Assembly: GCA_047601445.1 (NCBI GenBank)
Contig: JASGJH010000001.1
Span: forward strand, 4,416,001 to 4,480,000
DNA: 64,000 bases
From: Myxococcales bacterium
Lineage (GTDB): Bacteria; Myxococcota_A; Polyangia; Polyangiales; DASUME01
Direction: 5' to 3'
The notes below the pieces were generated by a model that was not told where the DNA came from, did no database searches, and saw only the letters and a program-made list of their open reading frames with translations. Made by a program: the position numbers and the translations under genes. Numbering within the stretch: the first letter of the stretch is position 1; each line of letters opens with the position of its first letter. Shown here piece after piece: positions 9,880 through 17,840 of the stretch.

Positions 9880-10951
9880 CGGCGGCTCCTACCTGAAAGT
9901 CCTTCTCGATGGCCGAGCCGCCCGACACGCCCCACACGACGCACAGCGATGCGGGAAGCGGGACAACGAACCTTCCGTCCACCACGGGGATGTTGTTGGC
10001 GAGTCCATTGCGCACCACGTGCACCTCTCCGCCTGTGATCGTGAACTTCGCCAACACCCCGAGCTTGATTCCGGAGCGAATCGTAAAGCTCGCACCGTCC
10101 ACCACCGACACGACCTTGAAGCCTTGAGGCACGTCTTGCGGTGCAGGCCGGCCGAACGTCACCTCGCCGATGGTCGGCGTCACGATCTCAGGGAGATCGG
10201 CCGGCTGTCCATCGCACAGGGCGCTCCAATTTTCCTGGATGTAGCCCTTGATGTCGCGGGACGAGAGTTGCTCCAAGTCAGGCGCAGCATGGTCGAACGC
10301 TCTGAGCAGGGCGTGGGTGAGCAGGCCGTGTACCTTGTTGTCGCGCTCGCGAATCGGTCGCTCCTGCGCTTTGCCGCCTCGCGAGGTCGCGTAGAGCTCG
10401 AAGAGCTTGACCCCCTGCGCAAGAGCAGGATCCGCAGCAAGACGAAGCGTGGGCGGAAACGCCATCTTGTACAGCTCGGCATCCCTGCAGCAATCCATCA
10501 CCAGAACGATCTCGCCGAATGCACCGTGATCGCGGACTCTGCGCGCATACTCGGTCCCGCTGATGTTCCAGTTCGCAGAGCGCGTCGAGTCCGCCACGTA
10601 AAGCGCAGCCTCCGGGGTGGTGCTCGTGCGCTCGCAGAACCCATGACCCGAGAAATAGAGATAGAGTCGCCCCGCTGGGCGGCGGATCATGCTCTGATCG
10701 GGCTTGAAGAGGATCTTGTTCAGGACGCCCACGAAATCAGTCAGGATGGGCGGGAAAGGCGGCGGGTCGCCTATCTTCGCCTCGTTCGTGACCAGGCAGG
10801 TGACGTTCTCGGGCGGGACGTTGCCCCCGTTGGAATCCACGAGCCACTTGTACATGAGCTCAACGTCTCGCACCGGACCTTTGAGCTCGGGCAACCCCGC
10901 GTCCGCATAGCGGCTGATTCCCACGAGTATCGCGTAGTCCTCTTGCGCCAT
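9866..10951 (-). CDS. caspase-family protease (peptidase C14)
   Basis: DYAILVGISRY, LKGPVRDV, YFSGHG (catalytic His), VLVMDCCR (catalytic Cys), GLLTHALL. Confidence 0.9.
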   Translation of the reverse strand: MAQEDYAILVGISRYADAGLPELKGPVRDVELMYKWLVDSNGGNVPPENVTCLVTNEAKIGDPPPFPPILTDFVGVLNKILFKPDQSMIRRPAGRLYLYFSGHGFCERTSTTPEAALYVADSTRSANWNISGTEYARRVRDHGAFGEIVLVMDCCRDAELYKMAFPPTLRLAADPALAQGVKLFELYATSRGGKAQERPIRERDNKVHGLLTHALLRAFDHAAPDLEQLSSRDIKGYIQENWSALCDGQPADLPEIVTPTIGEVTFGRPAPQDVPQGFKVVSVVDGASFTIRSGIKLGVLAKFTITGGEVHVVRNGLANNIPVVDGRFVVPLPASLCVVWGVSGGSAIEKDFQVGAADVDL

Positions 10952-10958
10952 GAGGGCC

Positions 10959-12494
10959 TCACCGTGGCTGATTGAGGATGATGTAGGCCACGCTGTCCAG
11001 GGTCGCGCGGTCCTTGTCGTCGAACTCACTGTGGGACTTCCCCGTGGAGGCCAATCCCGGGCCGCCCTGGTGAGGCGACCAAATCAAGCACTCAGAGTGG
11101 CGCGCGAAGAACTTGCGGCAGACTTCGATGCTCCAGAAATCATCGTTGCCGAACACCGTGTCGTTGATGAGGAAGCGTTCCATCCCCACCAGCGGGAGGT
11201 CCACTTCGCGCTCGAGCATGCCCGACACGAAGTACAGCAGCGACGCCGGATAGAGGACCTTGACCAGGTCGTCGTCCTGCTCGCGCGGATCGCTCATGCC
11301 GAACAAGCGGAAGAAGCGGATGCTGGTTGCGTGCTCCGCCAGTGTCGCGGCAAAGACATCGTGAGAGACGGCCGGCGCTTCGAAGATCACGTGATACTTG
11401 AGTCCAGGCACGATGCGGTTCGCGGCGCGCAGAAGATTGCAGATGTAGATGGCACCGGTGCTGTGGCCCACGAGGGTAATCTTCGGAACTTCCCCGCCCT
11501 GGTCGACCACGTGCTTGAGCGCGTGCAGGAAAGCCGTGCCGCCGTATTCGTCGCCGTCCCGAAATGCATCGGCGGTATCGCCCTTCATGCGATCCCACCA
11601 GATCTCTCGGCCGATCTTGTCGAGGTAGAGCTCGCGCAAGCACTCCTCGACCAAGGTCACGTAGCCACCGTGCGATCGTCCAGAACGCCTTCTACGGATG
11701 GTGCGAATCACGATGGTGGCGACGGTCTTGGCGACCTTGAACCACGAGATGACGCCCTTGGTCTTCCCGGGCTCCGCGTCGAACATGCGCTCGGAGGCTT
11801 CCTTGCTGATCAACGAGTCGCTGGCGACCGTGCTGCCCGTTCCTTTGTTGGAGGCCACAGGCGCGGCCGACGCGCCGATGCCGTTGTACGTGCTCTCGAC
11901 AGCATGTCTGAAGGCATCATCATCCTCAAAGCTGGCTTCGATCTGCTCCACCAGCTTCTCTTCGTCGGGCATGCTGCCTTTGCTGGTGGCCGCAATACCT
12001 CCAACGAGGGCTGCGTCGACCACATCGAGCTCCGCGGGCGGCGTCGCGCGGGCGCCGTTGAACCATGCGTCCATGTCGTTCTTGAGCGTCGCCTCGTCGA
12101 CCGGGACCTCCGCGTCACCTTTTAGCCCGTCGACCCCTCCAAGCTTCTTCAGCACCCAAACCGCGCTCTTCTTCATGAACTCGCGAAAGAGGCTCTCGTG
12201 CAGAATCTCGCCCAGGTTGTTGAGCGGAGCCTCGAAGAAACCCGACTCCCAGATGAAGAAGATGGGATAGGCCTGAGCCTGCTCCTTGTAGAGGGGAAAG
12301 AGCGCTTCGCTTGCGGAGGTGCGCGCCGACTTCTCACTCACCAAGCCACCGTGGAAGTGGACCACGATGCCGCCCGGGGCCTTGGCAGCGCAGGCTTGCT
12401 CGACAATGCGCTGCACGTCGGCTGCGGTCGTGCTGGACTTCGGGGAGAGTCTACCGGCTGCGGTATGGATGACGTGATCAGCCATGTTCGGCAT
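10959..12494 (-). CDS. alpha/beta-hydrolase (lipase-like) with a large internal insertion
   Basis: VVHFHGGLV, PIFFIWESG, nucleophile elbow LVGHSTGA, FEAPAV, SLLYFVSGMLE, late His SHSEFDDK; start at 12494 or 12485; no signal peptide. Confidence 0.85.
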   Translation of the reverse strand: MPNMADHVIHTAAGRLSPKSSTTAADVQRIVEQACAAKAPGGIVVHFHGGLVSEKSARTSASEALFPLYKEQAQAYPIFFIWESGFFEAPLNNLGEILHESLFREFMKKSAVWVLKKLGGVDGLKGDAEVPVDEATLKNDMDAWFNGARATPPAELDVVDAALVGGIAATSKGSMPDEEKLVEQIEASFEDDDAFRHAVESTYNGIGASAAPVASNKGTGSTVASDSLISKEASERMFDAEPGKTKGVISWFKVAKTVATIVIRTIRRRRSGRSHGGYVTLVEECLRELYLDKIGREIWWDRMKGDTADAFRDGDEYGGTAFLHALKHVVDQGGEVPKITLVGHSTGAIYICNLLRAANRIVPGLKYHVIFEAPAVSHDVFAATLAEHATSIRFFRLFGMSDPREQDDDLVKVLYPASLLYFVSGMLEREVDLPLVGMERFLINDTVFGNDDFWSIEVCRKFFARHSECLIWSPHQGGPGLASTGKSHSEFDDKDRATLDSVAYIILNQPR

Positions 12495-12756
12495 GCGTGT
12501 TCTCGGTTTCTGCGCCGCGCGCTGCGTAAAGGGCGCTTGCAGTCCGAGGAGGAGGTGCAACGCACTTGGGCCTGAGCGTGGAATAGTAAGGCCGCTCGTT
12601 TTGCATATGCCAGCGAATAGGAGAGCGGTCGCGCGAGGGGTGAAAGACTGCCTATGGCAGCCTCGGGCACCTACGGAGCTCGGCAAAGCCAAGCGAATTC
12701 CGGGGCGAAGGCGGCAAGAGGCCGGACGACTCGCAAACCTCTCCCGCGATCACTGA

Positions 12757-13119
12757 TCACTCGACCTGCTCATCCAGCGGACAACTCTGAGGAGCGATCC
12801 CGCCAGCTTGCTCGGCGAGGATGTAGCGTAGGAGGAGCTCCGTTTGGGCGTCGTCCAAGTGGGCCTTCTTGCCCATGCGCCTGGTTGTCGAGGGCCACGC
12901 GTCCGCGTCGACCTTGTGTACGTCAGGGTAGCCGTGGCACTTGTTGCAACTGTCAAGGAAGAGCGACCATCCGGCGTCGAGCGACTCGGACGTGGAGTCT
13001 GGCCAGCGCGTTGTCGCCACCTGAAGGGCTTCAGGGCCGACGGGGACCGGCGCGGGCGCTTCCGCTGGGTAGCAGCCAGCGACGACCAGCAAAGCGGCCG
13101 ATGCGGTAAGCGCTTTCAT
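12757..13119 (-). CDS. small c-type cytochrome lipoprotein
   Basis: Lipobox VVAGC; heme motif CNKCH; distal Met in RRMGKKA. Confidence 0.8.
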   Translation of the reverse strand: MKALTASAALLVVAGCYPAEAPAPVPVGPEALQVATTRWPDSTSESLDAGWSLFLDSCNKCHGYPDVHKVDADAWPSTTRRMGKKAHLDDAQTELLLRYILAEQAGGIAPQSCPLDEQVE

Positions 13120-13524
13120 GCTGCAGCCTCCCTGAGAGTTTCACTCTGGGAGCGGAGAACTGCTCTCGCAACGCGGCTTTCCTTTGAGCTTCAAGGACCA
13201 GCTGAGCGCGGTCGTATCCGAACGGATAGCTCACCTCCACCTCACCGCTCAAGATTTCGATAGCCAAGCGAACACTTCGACGGCCACCACGAGCGGAATG
13301 GTGTCGCCTCCTATCGCGCGCAGTCTCATGCGTGTCTGGGCGCCGGCACCTAACGCGTCGAGGTGCCAAGCCGCTGGGCGCGGGATTTCGCGTCGCCGTT
13401 TCATGAGCGCAGGCGTCGGTGGCAGAGCCATGCGAGCGAATGCGAACGGCAAGGGATGCAAAAGCCGTTGGTCCGTCGACGAGGATTGTTCTCGTGATTT
13501 GGAATGCGTACCATTCTGCAGAAT

Positions 13525-14625
13525 ATGGCGCTCCAGACTGGACGTCGGGTCATTCTTTTCCCGCGCACCGAGGTGCAGCGCGTGCGCGGTGCCGTTGGTG
13601 CGCACTTCGCGTCGCATCGAGGCCGGTGCCTGCTCTTTCCAGAAACCGGTCACGCTGTCTTGGATCGCGCCCCGGCGAGAACCATCAAACGCCTTGCTGC
13701 TCTTGGGGTGAAGATTCGAGCAGAGGCAACGTTACGACGTCCGAACAGCACCATCAGTTCTGCTCCGCGAGGCCAGGCGATTCTCGACACCCTGGAGCTG
13801 GCGTGGGCGGTCCGTGCCCTTGGCATCGGTGCCGCCAGTCAGGACGGACTTGGCATCCGCGTGGGACTGATCGACTCGGGCGTAGACCTCTTGCATCCCG
13901 CGTTGATCGGCAATGTCTCCGCGGGATCTCCGCGTGGGGGACTCGATTCCCTCGGCCACGGCACGCATTGCGCAGGAATTATCGCAGGGCGGAAGCTTGG
14001 AACATCGCCGCGATTCGGCATTGCCCCGCGCGCGCACGTCCGAAGCTATCGAGTGTTCGACGCTGACGCGACCACGGACGAGGGCCATGTTCGCGAGCAT
14101 GTGCACCGCGCCGTCGAGGATGGCTGCAAAGTCATCGTGCTCGCGGCCGGGGTTCCCGCCTCGAACTTTCTCGCCGAGGACGCGACCCTAGGTCAGTGGC
14201 TCGCAAGCGTCGGATGCTTGATGTTTGCCGCAGCAGGCAACGAGAGCGATCGGCTGGCACATCGTGTCCTGCCCACCTTGGCTCCTGCCAACGCCCCACA
14301 GGTCTACGCCATCGGCGCGGTGAACGGCGCGGTGCGCCTGTGGAACTCCTCCAATGGACTTGGAGTCGATGCCGCGACCAGGGTCGACTTTGTGGCCCCT
14401 GGCGTGGATGTTCTGTCGGCTTGGCCAGGGAACCGAACGATGCGCGTCTCGGGAAGCAGCGCTGCGACCGCCGTAGCCGGTGGCGTAGCGGCCGCGCTCT
14501 GGTCGCGCACCCCTGCGCTGTCGGCACGAGAGGTAATCACGCTGATGTCACGGCTTTGCCGCATGGACGTCCTCGGTGATCGCGACGGAATCGGCACGGG
14601 AATGCTGTCTCTATTGAACAAGTAG
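13525..14625 (+). CDS. S8 (subtilisin-like) serine protease without a signal peptide
   Basis: VGLIDSG (Asp), HGTHCAG (His), AAGNES (oxyanion Asn), SGSSAAT (Ser); start at 13504 or 13525. Confidence 0.88.
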   Translation: MALQTGRRVILFPRTEVQRVRGAVGAHFASHRGRCLLFPETGHAVLDRAPARTIKRLAALGVKIRAEATLRRPNSTISSAPRGQAILDTLELAWAVRALGIGAASQDGLGIRVGLIDSGVDLLHPALIGNVSAGSPRGGLDSLGHGTHCAGIIAGRKLGTSPRFGIAPRAHVRSYRVFDADATTDEGHVREHVHRAVEDGCKVIVLAAGVPASNFLAEDATLGQWLASVGCLMFAAAGNESDRLAHRVLPTLAPANAPQVYAIGAVNGAVRLWNSSNGLGVDAATRVDFVAPGVDVLSAWPGNRTMRVSGSSAATAVAGGVAAALWSRTPALSAREVITLMSRLCRMDVLGDRDGIGTGMLSLLNK

Positions 14626-14654
14626 AACCAAACAACTTTGGAGAGGCCAAACGT

Positions 14655-15776
14655 ATGAGCGAGTCTTCATCCCTCGACGACCTGCTTGGCAGTGTCGCAC
14701 GCATGCTTGCAAGCAACCCGGCGCTGCGGGCCCGGATCGCCTTTGTCGACATTCTGCCGAACGGCGCACCGGCGGAGGCAAACGGTTCAGCCTTGAACGC
14801 ACCAACCAACGGTGCCGGCTTGGTCACGCCGAAGTTCAATTTCGAGGGCCACTCGGTGATCGCGTACGTCGCGGAGCGGTACCTCGACCTCAATGACCAG
14901 GCGACCTTTCAAGCGCTGCAGTCGGTCAAAGCGAACGATCCGCTCGCGCGCGGTGACATCGGGGAATTCGCCGGATGGCCTGACAAGTTGAAACACGATC
15001 CCGCGCTCGAAGCGGAACGGCAGCGCTTGGGCGGGACTCGCAGCTTTTGGCACTACATCAACATCCCGTACGATCCGGCGAACCCCGATCAAGAGTTCGA
15101 CCTCGCCACCATCTCGGGCGATCTGCTCAAGCAGCTCCCGCAACAACTCGACCTCTTGGCCAACCCCGACCCGCTCACTGCAGCGGACGCGTTGTGCTTC
15201 GCGCTGCATCTGGTTGGAGACCTGCACCAGCCGCTTCACTGCGCAGCCTATGCCGACGGTCAGTACTTCAGCACCCCACCGGAATATGACCAGGGCGGCA
15301 ATCTCGTGCGTTGGGGCAAGGACGCGCCGCGAAGCCAAAACCTGCACGCCCTTTGGGACGACTCCATCGCTGCGTCCGGAGCCAATGTCGCTAGCCGAGT
15401 GGACGAGGTCATGCGCGACCACCCCATTGAGTCCTTCTCGGCAGGCGACCTCGCCAAGGACGTCGACGCGATTGCCCTGGAGACCTTCGCCCTGGCGAAG
15501 GACGCCTACAACAAGTTCTTCGCGGAAGTCACCTACCAGGGGCCAAGCTCGGCCACCAAGGGTGGCCAGCAGTTCTCACCACCGTCCCCACAGTATCGGG
15601 CTGACGCGCGCGAGATTTGCCGTCGGCAGGCAGCACTGGGCGGCTATCGCCTGGCACACTTGCTCGCGGAACATTTGGGGCAGGCAACAGGAACGGCGAG
15701 AAGCCGACGGCACGGGAGCACGGCTCGAAAGGCCGCGAAGAAGGGACCGGCTAAGAAAGCGCGTAGCCGCCGCTAG
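14655..15776 (+). CDS. S1/P1 nuclease with a 60-aa N-terminal extension and a basic C-terminal tail
   Basis: FNFEGHSVIA, WPD, WHYIN, HLVGDLHQPLH, DQGGN, NLHALWD, GGYRLAHLL; GGAGAGG RBS. Confidence 0.92.
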   Translation: MSESSSLDDLLGSVARMLASNPALRARIAFVDILPNGAPAEANGSALNAPTNGAGLVTPKFNFEGHSVIAYVAERYLDLNDQATFQALQSVKANDPLARGDIGEFAGWPDKLKHDPALEAERQRLGGTRSFWHYINIPYDPANPDQEFDLATISGDLLKQLPQQLDLLANPDPLTAADALCFALHLVGDLHQPLHCAAYADGQYFSTPPEYDQGGNLVRWGKDAPRSQNLHALWDDSIAASGANVASRVDEVMRDHPIESFSAGDLAKDVDAIALETFALAKDAYNKFFAEVTYQGPSSATKGGQQFSPPSPQYRADAREICRRQAALGGYRLAHLLAEHLGQATGTARSRRHGSTARKAAKKGPAKKARSRR

Positions 15777-15869
15777 TCCCGGGCCATCGAGATGGTAGGT
15801 CTGTTCCGGCCCCCATTTACGACTCGCGCAAACAGAGGACCGGCGTGATGCGGCGGATGAACCCCACCT

Positions 15870-17480
15870 TCAAGGAAGTGGGTCGGTCTTGTTTGCGAAT
15901 TCGATGGTGTTGCTCTGTCCATCGCCGTCTGGGTCGTCGGCGCCGTTGTACTTCGTGGTGAGCAACCAACGGAATTCCCAGTCGTCGTTCAGGCCGTCTT
16001 GGTCGACGTCGGGCAAGACGCCCGGACCGAAGTCGGGGTTGAGGCGCGGAAGCGGGGCCTGCACTTGCTTGAGATAGTCACGCAGCTGGCGCCGTAGCGT
16101 GCTGACCTTGACCGGCTTGCTCCCGGCCAAGTCGGTCTGCTCGCCGAGATCGGCGGAGAGGTCGAACAGCTTGTCTTGCCCGGTTTCATAGAAGTGGACG
16201 AGCTTGAAGGCGCCGTCGCGGATCGAGGACATCGGTGTCGAGCCTTTGGCGACCTGGTAGTGCGGGAAGTGCGTGACGATGCCAGTGCCGCGGCCATCGA
16301 CCACCACCGCCTCGCCACGCGCGAGTCGGGCGAACGAGCCGCCGTCGAGCGTGCCCTTGGGTTTGGGTGTCGCACCGAGCCAGTCGGCGATGGTCGGCAG
16401 CAGATCGAACTCGGACACCGGTACGTTCGAGCGCGATGCGGCCGGAATGGCGGGGCCGGCGACGAAGAAGGGCACACGCACGCCGCCTTCGTAGGTGGAC
16501 GCCTTGCCTGCGAAGAGCGGCGCGTTGTCGGCGATTGAATCGACCGCGCCATTGTCCGACAAGAGCACGATGTACGTGTTGGCGAGCACGCTGTCGGCCT
16601 GGCTACCATCCCCGTTGGGATCGCGCAGCGCGTCGAGCGTGCGGCCGACAGCCGTGTCGAGGTTCTCGACCATCGCTGCATAGGCCGGGTCGTGGTGCAC
16701 GCTGCCCGGCGGCTTGGATCGGTACTTACTGACGGTCGAGGCCAGCGCGTAGGTGGGCTCGTGTGTCGCGTAGTGCGAGATCTGCAGGTAGAACGGCTGG
16801 TGCGCGGCGCTGCGGCGCGCGATGAAGTCGCGCGCCTTCTCGGCCAAGCTGAAGACCCGCTTGGGGTCATCGCCGCCGACATTGCCGGCGCCGTTGCCGG
16901 TCGCGCCGTCGCCTTCGTCGAAGCCGTGCTGTGCGGGGCCGCCACCTGCGAGGTGCCACTTGCCGAAATGCGCGGTGGCGTAAGAGGCGTCATACGTTTT
17001 GACCAGCTCAGCGATGCTCTGTTCGCCGGTCGGGATGGCGGTGATTCGACCGGCGGGGTTGTCGTCGTGCCCGGGCGGCAGGAGCGGATGCCCATCGTAG
17101 TCGGGGCCCGACGCGCGCTCGATGATGTCCGTCATCTTGAGCCGCGCCGGCGTCTTGCCCGTGAGCAAGCTGATACGGCTGGGCGAACAATTCGGCGCAG
17201 CGTAGCCGCTACTAAACGTGAGGCCGAGCGCGGCCAGCTCTGCGATGTTCGGCGTTTCGTGGAAGTCGCTCCTGGAGTCGGCACGATTGGCCAGCATCTG
17301 CACTGACGTACCGTTCCAGCCCGTATCATCGGTCAAGATCACGACCACGTTCGGCTTGGTTGCGACCAGGGGCGCATCGAGCTCCTCGATGTCATCGTCG
17401 GGCGCCCCCTCCCCGCAGGCGCCCATCAAGCTGAGCGCGACGATCGTTGTACCGTAGACCAGGCGTTGCTGTGTTCTCAT
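15870..17480 (-). CDS. sulfatase lipoprotein with C-terminal TSP3-like Ca-binding repeats
   Basis: Lipobox LMGAC; PNVVVILTDD, CSPSR, GKWHL, SDNG, GKASTYEGGVRVP; DVDQDGLND and DPDGDGQSN repeats. Confidence 0.92.
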   Translation of the reverse strand: MRTQQRLVYGTTIVALSLMGACGEGAPDDDIEELDAPLVATKPNVVVILTDDTGWNGTSVQMLANRADSRSDFHETPNIAELAALGLTFSSGYAAPNCSPSRISLLTGKTPARLKMTDIIERASGPDYDGHPLLPPGHDDNPAGRITAIPTGEQSIAELVKTYDASYATAHFGKWHLAGGGPAQHGFDEGDGATGNGAGNVGGDDPKRVFSLAEKARDFIARRSAAHQPFYLQISHYATHEPTYALASTVSKYRSKPPGSVHHDPAYAAMVENLDTAVGRTLDALRDPNGDGSQADSVLANTYIVLLSDNGAVDSIADNAPLFAGKASTYEGGVRVPFFVAGPAIPAASRSNVPVSEFDLLPTIADWLGATPKPKGTLDGGSFARLARGEAVVVDGRGTGIVTHFPHYQVAKGSTPMSSIRDGAFKLVHFYETGQDKLFDLSADLGEQTDLAGSKPVKVSTLRRQLRDYLKQVQAPLPRLNPDFGPGVLPDVDQDGLNDDWEFRWLLTTKYNGADDPDGDGQSNTIEFANKTDPLP

Positions 17481-17628
17481 TTGCCTCTCGATTTTTTTCT
17501 CCGCCGAGCACCTGCCACGGGTCGCGATGGCAGCCTGTAGCGACTGCCGTGTGCGGTCCGGGCGGACCGTTTCAGGACACGGAAAAGCCCAAAAATCGGC
17601 TCGAAATGCCAGCGACCAGTCGGGCAAA

Positions 17629-17642
17629 GCAAGCTCAATGCC
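17629..17642 (-). promoter_or_regulatory. putative sigma54 -24/-12 promoter for the sulfatase
   Basis: Minus strand reads cGGCATTGAGCTTGC (GG-N10-GC). Confidence 0.5.
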
Positions 17643-17676
17643 GTGAGATGTCAGGGCTCAGCGCCCAGTGCGGGCT

Positions 17677-17700
17677 GCACAAATGTGCGCACCGATGTGC
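17677..17700. promoter_or_regulatory. putative activator/enhancer site GCAC-N4-GTGCGCAC-N4-GTGC
   Basis: gcacaaatgtgcgcaccgatgtgc; the same architecture recurs at 27727-27750. Confidence 0.5.
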
Positions 17701-17811
17701 GATGAGCACGCCACGAGCTTCGCCGAGTTCGGCCGCTCCATGCAGCGTTCACTGCTTGGCACGCTTCGAACACGCCACTGCGGGATGAACGGAGCAAATA
17801 GACCTTGCGCG

Positions 17812-17825
17812 GGCACGCCATGTGC
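17812..17825 (+). promoter_or_regulatory. putative sigma54 promoter for the M4 protease
   Basis: GGCACGCCATGTGC (GG-N10-GC). Confidence 0.45.
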
Positions 17826-17840
17826 AAATCGGATTGCCGC

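Noticed and set aside
9827..12125. Long plus-strand ORFs (9827-10975 and 10950-12125) and similar antisense ORFs such as 35313-36953 and 62590-63774
   Set aside because: They are shadow ORFs opposite motif-bearing genes, as expected from high-GC codon bias.
13120..13500. Short ORFs between the cytochrome c and subtilase genes
   Set aside because: They have no recognisable motifs or RBS, so I treated the region as intergenic.
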